NCBI GenBank assembly: GCA_964187785.1
Contig: OZ076409.1
Coordinates: 44,332,001-44,396,000, forward strand
Length of the DNA: 64,000 bases
Direction: 5' to 3'
From: Amphiscolops sp. MND2022
Taxonomy: Eukaryota
In this document: positions 48,138 to 61,439 of the stretch, one piece after another
Numbering within the stretch: the first letter of the stretch is position 1
How the letters are laid out: each line of letters begins with the position of its first letter
Program-made: the position numbers and the translations under genes
Notes under the pieces: generated by a model
Databases searched by the model: none
Told to the model about the DNA's origin: nothing
The model's input: only the letters and a program-made list of their open reading frames with translations

Positions 48138-50947
48138 GATCATCTTCGCCGAGAGATGGTTGGTGACCATCCTGTGTACTCCCTCCCTGTTTGTATGCGG
48201 GTCGAGTACGGGTTCCGCTGAGAAGTTCATCTGTCGGATATGCCATCGCGATGTATCGATGCGGACTAGAGGGGCCGAGGAGTTCAGTCGTCATTTCTTC
48301 TGTGAACCACATTGGCACGCAGATGTCGCGTACCGAGTTCGTGAGGGCCTGCCAAACTTCAATAGGCTTATGGATCCGCTGGAATTATCTGCTGAGCAAG
48401 TGTCAAGTTTCCTGTCTCGTCCAAGCAAAGGACTTGCGGACGGATTCAGCTTCCCTGAAGATTTGCTGCCCACATGTACCCGGGTAGATCCGACCATTCC
48501 GTTATTGACGATGGTGATGTGCTTGCTTGAATTGTTCCGAAGTGGAGGCAGTTACTTTCTCTTCCGGAAATTGTGGGTTGTTTCCGCGCTACTCTTGGTC
48601 CCGAAAACACTCTGTACAATCTCAAGTGGAGTCGTGAGGAATCGTTGGTTAGTGATTTTTTGAGTGATATTATTAATTGAGAGTTTTTTTGGTTTCGTCA
48701 TTGGTTGGTGTGCTTGTTGCTCATTTAGGAAACTTTAGGCAGTGCATAGTAAGTATAGTTATCGTGTTTTAGGCACTGATTTGCCGTGCTCTTTCCCCGC
48801 GGGTGTTGCGTCTGCTGCTTGCCCGAATATCTTCTTTCCGAGACTACAGTGTGTTCTTCGTCGAGGAGTCAGATACTGTGAGTTGTTTTGTGCAGACGTG
48901 GGACGACGTGGTGCAGACCCGTGTTTGTGTGCGGGTGGAATTGGCTGGTCAGCGTGTCCCTTGCGTAGAATTGGCTAGTCTATCTCGTGTTGTGGGTAGC
49001 TTGCCCACTAGCCAGTTGCCACTGTCTTGCCAAGGTGGAAGTCCTACCCTTGTGCGTGTTTTGAACGATAATCATGTGGATGGGCGTCATTTCATAGTTA
49101 GCCGCAATTTTACCGAGGAGATGTTTCTCCAATATTTTCAAGAGACGCATCAAGCTGATTTTGGCGCGCTTGAAGTGATCAGTATGGTGTACTTTCTTAT
49201 GCTGCGACCCCGGGGTGCACTCCAAGAACCCTGGATGGAGGTTGTTCCTATGCTGCGTCGTTGTGTTGTCGCTGGCTATGTGTCATTCCAGGATCTGCGT
49301 AGTGTAATGGGTGAGCTCCTGTCTATCTGGGATTCAGTTTGCGAATTTGTTCACTTCAGCGGCCCACGTCATATAAAATGCGAGGCTGATAGGGTAAAAA
49401 TTTTTGTCTCTTTGTTCTCTAAGCGTCTTGTTTTTCGTGTATTTTCCTCTTTTTTGCCATGTTTTATTGGGTTGTAATAATGTAGATGCGCAGAACGGAT
49501 TGGCTGGTGTACTCGGACAGCACTAATGGGCTGCGTATCGGGCTTCTGGCGCACATGTTGGATCCCTGTGAGTATTGCTTTTGTTCATTCCTTTTGTCTA
49601 AATGCATTTTGTTGTCTATACGTTGGTCTGTCGTTGTTCTTTATTATATTGTGGCTGTTGTGTTTTAGACGCAGTTACCTTCAAGAAACCGCAATCCGGA
49701 CGTAGTGATTACAGTTTCCATTGTTGTATGGAAGTGTGTAGCCTGGTCTTTTGCCTGTTGTCGCGTAGCCGAAGCGTGTCAGCACTGCCTGAGCTAAATG
49801 CATGGGAAAAGTACATGAGTGAATGTCAAAGCTTGACTTTTTTGAGAACATCGATGTGTCGTCGTTTTTACAGAACTACGAGTTCGAAGCTGTCTTGAAG
49901 CAGAGCGAGGGGGGGGGAAGCGCGAGAATTCCGCAACCAGTGCCCAGCATTTGTGGATCAGCTTGTTGTGACAATTTTGTCTTGCCAGTCTGTGTCATCT
50001 AGTCTAATGCAGGGACTTTACAGCTTTTGCCCTGAACTATTGTTAGAGAGGGGTGATAAATGCAACTTTAGCTTGTTTAACAAGCTTGTGCGAGTGCTTG
50101 AAAGAAGTGGGTCTGTGTCCAGTCTGGAGTCTAAAGCTGCTGTCGAGGCGTTTCTGACGTTCGTTGTTGACATTTGGGCTCGTCATGCTAGTAGTGATCA
50201 CCACGCTGAGGATATTGCGAATGTTGTGGATTTCCTATGTCAGATTACAGCATTCTCGCTCGCAAGAACTTATGTCGCGTCTTCAAGTTGTGCTGTTTGG
50301 TTGCTGGGAAACCCCACTCTGAGTTCCCGACTGTGGATATTGACATATCCGGATGTGCTGTCCCCAGACTGACTGTGACGTCCTGCGTTCGAGGTGTTCA
50401 AAGTTGTATTGCCGCATCTAATTACAGACAAAGTGTCCTTTTCACAAAGAATACGTCTGAGTGTGTGCGTGATGCGATTGCTGGCTCGCGGGCTTTTATG
50501 GCTGATGCTGGGTTCGATTCGTGGGTGAACATTTGTGGTGCGGAGCAAGGTGCTTTTGAGAGACGTTATCTGAAACAGTTCACCACCCATCTTGCTTGAA
50601 AAAAGGATAGTTCATATCAGCTTCTTCAAAGTGCCAATACCCGAGGGCAGAAATCTCGCTCTGTGAGTTGTACTGAGTCATCGACGGCAACCTTTTCAGG
50701 TAGTGCTTCTTCAAGTGTCGTTTCTGGTGCGGTCGTTGGTGCTACAAGTGATGCTGGCCCTATGAAAGTGCATTCGAGCTTGGCGTCTTTGTTCGGGCAG
50801 AAAAAGGATCAAAAGGATGGAGGTGTTCAGTCCAGCGGGCGGGAGAAAAGGAAAAAAGTCGTGAAAAAACCTGCTTCGCTCGCGATCCAAAGGAAAGTAG
50901 AACTGATTCTTCAAACTGTTATGTCGTTTGTATGCTGTTGTATGTGA
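48138..50947 (+). pseudogene. Antisense accessory gene of Gypsy element B (C2H2/BED-like finger, hAT-like C-terminal region), three GT-AG introns, 5' end lost in the gap
   Basis: CRICHRDVSMRTRGAEEFSRHFFCEPH finger. Introns 48648-48772, 49394-49485 and 49568-49668 join flanking coding blocks in frame. C-terminal QGLYSFCP...DFL...VFKLCCL. Confidence 0.8.
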
Positions 50948-51964
50948 ACTTGTTGTCTTTATTTATAATTCGTTGCTGTTTGCTGTCTATTGGCATATCA
51001 TTTTTGATTTGCTGGAATTGAAAAAAATGGCAAGAGGGCTCACAGCAAAATAGTAGAAAATTATTCTGGAGTCGAGAAAAAAACACGTAAAAGGCCGTAG
51101 TATGCCAGTAATCAAATTTGTCAGATCGGTTCGATCTGGACTCTGAACAATGTCTTTTTCCTATTTAGCGAGTCGTGGTCATCTAAAGTCAGGGTTGGCA
51201 TTAGGTTTAGGATTAGTTCGTAAATTGTACTTTGCTGTTTTTCTTGGATTGTATCAAACGACAGTAGGCGGTTATTTTTGGGGAATTGGTGGGTTTTCAG
51301 TGGGTGGGGGCGTCGTAAACATGGGTTATCCCCCACGTCTGTAGTAAGATTTTTAAAAAATGGTGACGGTGATGGCGCGTCATTCGTGTCTTCGTATTGA
51401 TTTTCTTTCTCCTGTAGCGTCGTTTTTTCTTCATTTGTGTCCGTTACATTTTGTGTTACAGCTTGTTGGTTATTATTTTCAAGTTCTGACGTCACGTGTT
51501 CGTCTATTTGTTTTCCGAAGTTCCAAAATCAATTTCCCAAGAAGCTGCGTACCACTCGTTGTGCGACACTCTGACGTCTGGGTCTGGAAGATATTCATTT
51601 GCTCGTACTGTGACGTCGGGTATACGTTGTTCTGGCACATAGGGGCTTATACGTGTTCTGGGTAGCGTTTGTGTATATCTTGTTCCAATTTTCCGCATCG
51701 TGTAGTTTTTATTTGATAGTACATTATAACTATATACGGTCCCATCCAGATGCAATCCTGAAATGCGAATTTTGTCGATTGATTGTCGGCTTTCGGGTTA
51801 AGGATATTGCAATAGTCGTTTATTTTGAGCGGAGCTGCGGACGCTTTTCGGTCGTAGTAGTTTTTGTATTTGAGATAAGACAGCATGATATTGTCTTTTG
51901 CTGTTGCACGCAATTCGTCAATTTGTTTTTGTAGTTGCTCTGCTATATCTGAGTTAGGCGTATT

Positions 51965-52464
51965 CTTCCATTTTGGCTTGATACCCAATTTTAAATCGAG
52001 GACATTGTAGGGTATTCGTCCATGCAATACTGTGGATGGTTCACAGCCTAAAGTTTTGTGATACGCTGTGTTGTAGTTCATGGCTGCAATTTGGACGTAT
52101 TTGTGCCACATTGATCGTTTTTCTCCCGTCGATTTATTCAAGGCTGTTTTGATGAAAGCATGTGGTGTTCTTCACAGAATTCTGATTGTTTGTGCATGTT
52201 TCGTGGACGCATGGCTTCCATTTTGGCTTGATACCCAATTTTAAATCGAGGACATTGTAGGGTATTCGTCCATGGAATACTGTGGATGGTTCACAGCCTA
52301 AAGTTTCGTGATACGTTGTGTTGTAGTTCATGACTACAATTTGGACGTATTTGTGCCACATTGATCGTTTTTCTCCCGTCGATATCTTCAAGGCTGTTTT
52401 GATGGAAGCATGTGGTGTTCTTTACAGAATTCCGATTGTTTGTGCATGTTTTGTGGACACATGG
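51965..52464. repeat. 250-bp tandem duplication within the element B integrase
   Basis: Units 51965-52214 and 52215-52464 both start cttccattttggcttg and differ by scattered substitutions. Confidence 0.92.
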
Positions 52465-53957
52465 CTAATTTGTATCTCCAGTATTTGCGTTATTTCTGCA
52501 ACGACTTCTGATCGGAATTGCGAGCCTTTGTCTGATAGAATTAGTGTTGACAAATTTGAATGTCTTGTCATGACGTCGACAATGCATCGTCTTATTGTTT
52601 TTGCTGTATCATTCTGCTTTGGAGATGCGAAAAGATAACGCGAGAAAACGTCGATCATGATTACGATGTTTTGATATCCTGCAGAGTTTGGCAGATTCGG
52701 TAGTATGTCTCAGATATCCTCCGTTCCAAAGACATGTTCTGTGTTGTTGATCATTTTTGGTCTGATTTGATTGTTACCGATTCTTTTGTATTAAATGCAG
52801 TCTTCGCACTTCAGTACCCATTGTTTAATTCTCTTGGCTAATCCTGGGAAGTGTTTCTGCATTTTTGGATCATGTTCGTGATTCCCGGGTGTTTCCCCAT
52901 TTGTCCATGAATTGCTTTTAGAAGTTCTGTAATTAGATGTTCTGGGATTAGTCTTTGGGATTAGTGTGACTTGGCCACATTCCCCGTAGTACTTGCGTAT
53001 TAATATGCCATCTTTGACTATTAGTCTGTTTTCTTGAACAAGCAGACGTCTTGCTTTCGGGTCAGTTTGTAAGAGTTGTATGTCATATTCTTCACAGATG
53101 AGTTTTCGTTTTATTGCTTTGAACATCAAGTCTGCGTCTTGTTCGACTCTGAAGCATGCATCTTCTTTTATTGCCTCAAAGGTGTATGAAGCTTTGTTTT
53201 TTGGGATCGAGGCTGATTCGTTGATAGATATGGCAGTATTTTAAAAATGCATGATAGATTGCTAGGAGTTCTTTGCAGTAGATTGACATTTTTAGCTGAG
53301 CTGGAAAAAACACTTTTGATCCAAATGCGACAGGGGCAAAATTTTCTTCTTCGATTTGAGTTTTTTCTCATTGTCTTCTTCAGTCATTAGCGCATAGCTT
53401 GAGGCGCGAAAACTAGCGTCCGTCATGAGGACGTATGGGCGTCCTGTGATTGGTTGTTTGAGAGCCAATCCGCAGGCTTCCGCTAGCGCTGCGTTAATCG
53501 CTTTGTAGTTGTCAAGTAATTCCTCCGTTAATTTGATCTGTTTGTCCGCTCTCAGAAGTTCATAGAATCCAAGCAGTTTTTCAGTCAAATGCGGGATGTA
53601 GTTGTTGTAATAGCTGACGAAACCAATGTATCTTTGTACTTGTTTTTCGATTTTGGGAACATAACGTTTGCTAAGAATTTTTGGTTTTTGTGGTCTTGGG
53701 AGGCAATTCCTTGTGCTGTGATTCTTCTCCCAAGGAATTCAACTTCAATCACTCCGAAATGGAATTTTCCGATAGTTAGTCCGAGTCCTGCTTGTCTGAT
53801 ACATTCGAAGACAGCTCGGATGTTGCGTATCAACTGCGTCACAGAATTGGCGGCTATTCCGATATCGTCCACATAATGCGCACATTGATCGGCTTTGATC
53901 ACTTTTTCCAAGTACTCTCTCATTAAACTTGAGAATGCCGATAAAGCTCTGCTTATT

Positions 53958-54511
53958 CCTTGCGCTAGTAGTTTGTAGGCGAACGTCCTGCTTGCGAAGT
54001 TGAATGCCAGCATTTCTATTGATCGTTGATCTGCCATTTGTAGGCAATGATATGCCTGAGAGCAATCTAGTTTGCAAAATAGATTTTTACCTGCTAGGTG
54101 CTGAGCTGCGTTTGATAGGGTGCTTACTGGATAATTAATATTGATGTAGTCGTCCGAAAATCAATGCGTTGGTTTTTCGCAAGTCGACAAGTAGACGTAG
54201 TTTGCGCTTTGGTTTGCGTTCTGCGAAAATTGGACAAGCATATTTTAAGAATGGCAGCGTTGTAAAAATGCCGTACCTGTGCACTAGCGCCAATTCAACT
54301 GTTGTCGTTTTCGGACGACTACATCAATATTAATTATCCAGTAAGCACCCTATCAAACGCAGCTCAGCACCTAGCAGGTAAAAAAACTATTTTGCAAACT
54401 AGATTGCTCTCAGGCATATCATTGCCTACAAATGGCAGATCAACGATCAATAGAAATGCTGGCATTCAACTTCGCAAGCAGGACGTTCGCCTACAAACTA
54501 CTAGCGCAAGG
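53958..54511. repeat. ~203-bp inverted duplication within the element B RT
   Basis: 54308-54511 is the near-exact reverse complement of 53958-54160; 147-nt spacer. Confidence 0.95.
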
Positions 54512-57156
54512 TTTTCTTTCAAATCTATCGGTACTTGTAGACTTTGGGCATAGATAGGGCGTTCATCCTTGGGGGTTAGTTTTACTTTGGATTGGTTGTT
54601 TATGCCGATGTCGAGTCGATGACTCGCGAAGATGTCTTTGTATTCAACTATCGTTTGCTCAAGTTGTTCCCTGTCATTTCCTTTGATCTGAGAGTCTTTC
54701 CATTTGAACATATCCAGAAATTTTTCTCTTGATTCTTGATCTTTGGTTGGGTCTGGCTGTTCTTTGTGGATGAGTTCGCGAAATTCTTTCAGAATTTGCC
54801 GTTGTATTGGCGTGTCTCCTCTTCATTCCCTGGATTTTCGAGTGTGGGGAACCAGAGATGTTGTCGTTTTGTTCGTTTTCCCTGGACTTCATGAGTACAT
54901 TGATGTACATGTGAGTGTCATCGAGATCTTGCAGTAGTTTCAATGCAGCGGCGTCAACGGATCTCATTTGCTTTGTATCCTCGGGTTCGAGAATTTGTAG
55001 TTCCGCCATATTTGTATGGTTCTTTATTGTATGTAGTAAGCCTGACAGGTTAGCTATCGTGATGTTTGTTTTTTTTTGCTGTGAGCCGTTGCCAATGCTG
55101 GGGCGACAATGATGGTGGCTGTTTCGTCGAATTCCGGTAATGGTTGTATCGCTCCAAAGACGTCGTTCGTCTTGGTGGTGATTACCACTGGATTCACTGT
55201 TGTTGTTTGTTGGGGCAACAGCGTTGGGTTTTCTTCTGCCATTATTTGGAGCGGTTTTGGATTGCAGTTTTTCATCTCATCTGTCATAGCCAACGTCATC
55301 TCGCCGTGTGGGACGTTGATGGTTCCGTTCACTGTGTCGATTACTGCTTGGTGGTTTCTCATGAAGCTCAGTCCTATTATAGGAAAGGACATTTTCGATA
55401 GGATGACGAATGTATCCGTGAACGTCTATGTTCCAATGTTGAATTGGATGTCGGCCGCAACTATGGGTTGTTCTAGTTGAGCGGTTGCGCATTCAAGTAT
55501 AAAAGGAGGTTGAGGGTACTCCTTTTTGACGCAACTGTCACTGTTCATTTTGATTACGTTATAATCGGACCAAGATATTGCGTTGATGAACGCTCCCGAG
55601 TCGACAAGTCCGTCCACGGTCGTTTCGCCGAATTCAAGTGGTAAGTATAACATTCTTCGTCGTTTTTTGAAGACTATGGTTGATTGTAGGGGTATGTACA
55701 AGTCTCCATCTTTTTCCGCTATGTACTCTTTGATTGAGTTGAGTCAAACGGGGAAATCGTCTGGGAAGGTAGATTCCTTGGTGGAGCCGTGAGTATCTTC
55801 CCTGAGCGGGTGTGACGATGATAGTTCGTTACGGGCGTTTGTATTTTGATTTGCTCATAGTTCAATGGGTTGTTCTGTGGGGGCGAGAGAATTCTGTGCA
55901 TGAAGGTTTGTGCTGTGCTTGTGATCCCAACCGTACTCTCTGTCAGACACATAGGTTCTTTCTTGGTCTGGTTGTGGAAGTGGTCTTTTTAGGGTGACTA
56001 TTGCTTGTCGTCTCAGCCAGTCTCCCGTTGGTGCTCCATTACAATCTGCTGTCATTTCATTAGTATATTTGGTGGGAGGATCTTCTATCGAATACGCCCC
56101 GCGTCTACTGTTCCCCGAAGCGCAAGCGCAGCGTAATTAGTTTTTTGATTCTTCGACGGACTTAGTTGTCGTTGGTTGGACGAAGTTATCCGTCTTTCGT
56201 TCTTGTTGGTTGTGACGTTTGGGTCGCGGACCGTTGGCGGAGTTGGTTCCATTCCAACAATCTTCCGTTTTGTGGGGCTTGCCGCAAGTATTGCATTTGA
56301 ATGGATTGCCTGTACTGTTGTTTGTTTGACCGTTGTCTTTTCGGGTCTGATGCCACTTGTCTCGTTTCATTTTTTGGCTTTGAAATGGCCAAATTTCTTG
56401 CAATAGAAACAAAACACGTTTTTGGTGTTCTGGGTGTTATTTTCTACAGGTTTTGCTTCGGTTTTAGGTTGGGCCGGCTCTATTTGCTTAGAGGTACAAA
56501 GGTCACCTCGTCTGGCGCTCCAAGGCCATTGAGTCCCATTTCCCTTTCTAGGTGAAGTACTATATCCTTATGAGGCTTGTCCTCAAGATATGCCCTGTGG
56601 AGTGTTTTTTTGACGTGATCAGGCATTTTGCGCTATTGCCTTTTCTATGAAATGTTGGGCTTCTGCACCAAAAGCCTCTTTTGCGATACTTTGGAGTACA
56701 TCCAAAAATTAGCGGAGGTTTTGCACTGTGGGATCGAATTTGAGCGCATCCCATTCGCATCTAGCATTTGCCATTGACAGGTAGTCTTCCAAGCGACGTT
56801 GAAAAATCGTCAATATTTCGTCCAGTGAATCCCTTTTCGAGTCTTCTATGTTTCAAAATGCTTGTATGGCGTCTCCTCGGAGCAAGGAATGAAAGTAATT
56901 TATTTTCTGGATTTCCGTGAGGTGCGGATACATTTTGATTTTGTTACGAAAAAAATATTCGAAGAGCTCGAATTTTTCTGATTTTTCATCAAAAAGTGAG
57001 AGTGATGCCGGTAACGTTTTTGGCATAGGCAACGTAGTGTTGTCGTTCTTGTCCGGTGCGAAGAGTATCCTAGACGCTACTGGACGTGCTTTTGACGCTG
57101 GTTGACTTTGGGAACTTATTTTTGGTCTTTTAGGCTTGTTGGTGGAGTCGTTTAAA

Positions 57157-57169
57157 ACTCCTGTCACCA
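57157..57169 (-). promoter_or_regulatory. Putative primer binding site (tRNA-Leu-like) immediately after the LTR end
   Basis: Minus strand reads ...CGTAACA|TGGTGACAGGAGT, one mismatch from TGGTGTCAGGAGT, the complement of a metazoan tRNA-Leu(CAG) 3' end as I recall it. Confidence 0.6.
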
Positions 57170-57856
57170 TGTTACGACTTACGCTAGGGTCGTCATTTTG
57201 GGTTAAGTTTATTCTAACAGGTTTGGTAGGAGTGTAAAAGTTCGTAATTTTGTTTTCCGTTTCTTCTTAAATATTTTCTCTCATATTCTCCCCTGTTTTA
57301 TGTTTTAGTAGCTTCAACATCTCTCTCCAAGGCTCTTGATTTCAGATGTTATTTCTTCTTTTAAAGAGGCTCTCAGAGTCTCTTTGAAGCTATTTTCAAT
57401 CCTGGGAGATTTCGGTCTAGAAGGTCTCGCAATGCTAACGTCCTGATTTGAATGACAGACACTTTCTACTAATATTGGTGAAACTAAACATTCACTTACA
57501 CATTCGGTGCTCTCTTGTTGGTTGTTCCTCCTCTTTTGACTTCTTGTTGTCGACAATTTAGATGAAGAGATTCAATTTGAAATTTTTCATTTGACATTGA
57601 GATATGTTTTTCAACAAAGTTGAGAACGAAATTGAAAAACAAAGAAAACTGTAACACAACTGATTTTCATAGATGAGAAAAGACTGAGTCCCTTAAGAAC
57701 CAAAGCTCTCCATATTTATGCCATCCTAGCTTCAATTGATCACGTATAAACTCCTCATTCTTTCCAAACAATCAGTCATTTCCTGTATTTTCGATTAAAA
57801 AAATCATTTAGATCCCAAATTTGCGTCGATATTTCGTCAAATTTTGAGACACGACA
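57170..57856 (-). mobile_element. Putative 5' LTR of element B containing the gag start; outer boundary uncertain
   Basis: Ends ACA next to the PBS; candidate TG start (TGTCGTG) at 57856; TATA-like ATAAATA near 57713-57719. The partner LTR is not visible (it would lie beyond the gap). Confidence 0.45.
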
Positions 57857-60800
57857 ATTTCAATCTAGTATTAGTCGTCAACCATAATCATATCATATTC
57901 TTCCGGCGTCCGTTTGTTTCCTCCCAAGCAGGAAGTATATGTTACTTCAGTCTGTCGAACCGGAAATATTTCCCTGTTTTACTGCTTTGGTTCGTAGGAA
58001 AATCGACGCGGAGATGACGCTGACGTGAACAACTAGCGCTTGAGCTTGAATTTTGACTTGAAGATAATTATGACTAATACTGTTTGGCTTGAACTATTCG
58101 GAGATGCTAGGAGTAATAGAGGGACAATATACTTGATGAAAGCACTTAACTTAAGATGGGTTGTTGAGCGTAATTTTTACATCTGAATTAATACAATTAA
58201 TATAATTATAGCTCAACGTATAAACAACGTCAGACTAGGTTAACAGAAAACACTAAACAGTAACATCAACTCCAGGTGATGATATATTAGATCAGGCAAT
58301 TCATATTTGGAACGTCATTAAAACAGTGAACAAAGTAATGAGATACGAATGCAGTATTTGGAAAAATATGGCTCCATTAGCAAATACAAATAATTATCTT
58401 CCTTAATTTACAGCGTTCGATTCGTCAAATGCGTTGAGACAGCGACAATTCGTACAAAAAAGTGTCAAAGGTTTGCAGCGAGCAGTAAAAGTATTCGTAT
58501 TAAGTTGCTTAGAATAAACTGTGACTTTCGTTTCAGAAATGTTGAAAAGTTTCAACAAGATTGAGTCTTTATGCAAATATCTACTTTGGCGATATTTTAT
58601 TTGACGACAGGTAGACGCATCTTGAAAGCCCTTTTACACTTATTCTAGCTAGAATATACGCAATTTAAGCACCTTCCTAGCACTAAAGTTTTTATAATTG
58701 CATTCATTTCATTATATTGGATGGACTAAAACAGCTATTTTGATGGATTTGTGACGTAGTGTTGACAAGTTTTCTTAGCTTAGCTTGGCAGTCTGCCAAG
58801 TTTGACGAGTTGCTGACGAGTAATTTGGAATGAAATTCTGACTAGCTACCAAGTTAGTGACGTCATGCCGTCGAGCAATTTGGAATACTTTGAACTAGTC
58901 AACTACCTAGTTGCGTAATGCTGACGTCACAAGTATAGTATTATTTGCATGCTTTGTTTGTTTAACGACGTAATATCGTCCTAATTCTACTTTAATTGTT
59001 GTTCAAAGCACAATTAAGCTGCCTTTTCTTAGAAGAAGCGTAATATTCTCAGAGTGTTATCTCAATGTATTTTCTGTTTCAGATCTGAGTGATGTTCATT
59101 CTTATAGAGAATTTTGGATGTTTTCTTTTAGAATAATCTATGATCTTTTATTCCAAGACGCATCCTAATTTAGTTTTCAGGTGGCGAATGTTTCTATTCT
59201 GTCGCGTCAAAAACGTCTTAACGGAAATGCTTGAAATCATTTTTGGTTCATTTAATTGCCAGTATTCACTTTCGTTTATGATTTGCGCAAAGTTGTCGTG
59301 AGCTTCATTTTTTAGTAACAGTTTATTTTAAAAGTAAATAATGTAGTTTTGAAATCAAAACCCGAAATGCCATTTGGGGAACCTTAGATTGCATCCGTGT
59401 CCTCTGCCGATTGCTATCCTCTTGCAACTGCACCCCAGACCGGGAGCGGGCTGTGACAACGACAAATATCACTTCGCTTGGCAAAATTGATTCGTTTTCA
59501 ACAAAATGGGATCCGCTTCAAAAAGCCTGTGGTAGCCAATGATGCAGAGAGGGGCACAACGCGAACGTGAGAGCTGAACCCCTGTAAAATTTTCAAGAAG
59601 AAACCTAAAAGACCTAATACGGTAAGAACTAAATTAGAGTTAAGAGTTAAGCTGTCGCAATGGAAATTTCCAAATGTAATTCGTTCGACCAATCACTCAT
59701 GAGCACCGAACATTTCAAATTCTTTTGTCTATGAACATGTACAGTAAGGAGCCTGCGGCAAGGTTTTGCAAACACTTAGGGAAAAAAGACATTCTAAAAC
59801 AGGGAACGAAACGGAATTCCAAATAAAAGAAAAACGGATCATGGAACTGCTATTATTCTGTTCCTGATAGCATGAAATGGTACAATTCTATAGCTTCGGT
59901 GGTGACGGTTGCAGAATTCTGACCTAGTCGAGATGAACCAAAAGTGAAAAAGTTGAAGAAAAAGAGTGAGTAAATACCCAATTTTATTTTTTGATGGAAA
60001 ACATCCGAAAGGTTAAACCAATTTTACACTATCGTTGTCAACCCTATTCTTTTGGTCAATACACGAACAACTCTAATTCGCTTTCACTTGACAACAACCG
60101 AAACACTCAGTGAGGCAGAGCTCCTAGGATAAAACGGTGAACAAAATTGTGTCGTGAACAACCTGTGAAACTATACATACAATCGCAGCCCCACGATGGA
60201 CCCAAGCATCCTAATTGCCATTTTGGATTGACCAACTTCAATTAATTTTAAAGATTCAACTCAATATATTACGATACTCCGGTATGCTGACTCTTTTGGT
60301 TGAACCCCTGCGGTTGATTCCCAGCCAATACGGAGCGATTGAAGTTTTAGTTAGAACGGACATATGTTAATTCCTTTGAACTGTTCGAATGTTTCAGAGA
60401 TTTAGTTTCATACCTTTTACATAATGAAACTGAACTGCATTGAATTGAATCTCCCTGTCAACTTGTTGTTATAAAAATGAGTATTGTTTTATCCCGCCAT
60501 TTTTGATCCCTGAGCTTAAACCTACTCATCAACTTCTCCGTCGTTCATTCTCAATGATGTCCTTGCTGCTCAAATCTGTGCTGTCCAATTATATGGACAT
60601 TCAAATGCGTATTGTATGCACGCCCGCACTCGTCGTCAAAAAAGTCCACTCCGTGGTTTTCATTTTCGCGTTATTCATTAGTCAGCAATTTATGAAATAA
60701 AACGCGACTGTTATCGTGACTTTCCGTCATGTTTTTTTTTCAACCTGGACGGAGTGACCATTTTCATGCCGAATTCCAAATTTTTACAATTTCCTCCGAA

Positions 60801-61439
60801 ATAGCAAATTGTTCGTCCGGCTCCTCCGTTTCAAGTTTTGACAAGACTATTTGAATAAAAGAAGATTTGTGGGTTATTTTTCTGCACTATGAGATTTTCG
60901 ACTCTTGCAGTGACTAGTTTTTTCTCCAGTAGCTCTGATCCGTCCACTTTTACGGAGCATAAATGGAGCAAATATACGGTAAAGACCATTTGGCCTAGCC
61001 ACCACGCAAGATTCAATTTCAATTTTTTGACATTACATACGAAGTAAGTTGCGTTTAGCAAAACAGGATGTGGGGGTGTTGCGTTTCACAAACAATATTG
61101 CGCTATATTTTTGACGTTATATCCGAAGTAAATTGCGTTCTACTAAAGAGGTTCCAAATATTGCGGTACTACCGATTTTGGTTTCTTTAAGGCCAGGGAA
61201 CTCACAGATTTCTAATTTTCCCTCTATCAGATATCATGGATCTTCGTCATCAATCAAGTGCCATGTGTATCATCATGTTGGGGGGAGAAGACACACACCC
61301 GTGGTCTGCAACGAACGTAGGGAACCCCATACTAGCCACTATCCCAGTAGACAAGTAACAAAAAATAACAATCAACAAACTACTCATACCAGCCACTATC
61401 ACAGTCGACCAGTAGAATTTTTTTTCAGAGCTGCAATTA

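Larger units (their letters stand above)
51179..57556 (-). mobile_element. Ty3/Gypsy element B: degenerate gag-pol (gag, zinc knuckles, protease, RT, RNase H, integrase)
   Basis: CNTCGKPHKTEDC knuckle; protease LVDSGA; RT KLRLLVDLRK and YVDD; RNase H MTDAS; integrase IDVFSRY and SDKGSQF. PR-RT-RH-IN order indicates Gypsy. Many frameshifts. Confidence 0.95.

Noticed and set aside
47865..48318. ORFs spanning the N run
   Set aside because: Artefacts of translating through the assembly gap.
58750..58990. Cluster of TGACGT(CA) CRE-like motifs upstream of element B
   Set aside because: Short motifs with no evidence of function; could be an extended LTR but cannot be supported from the window.
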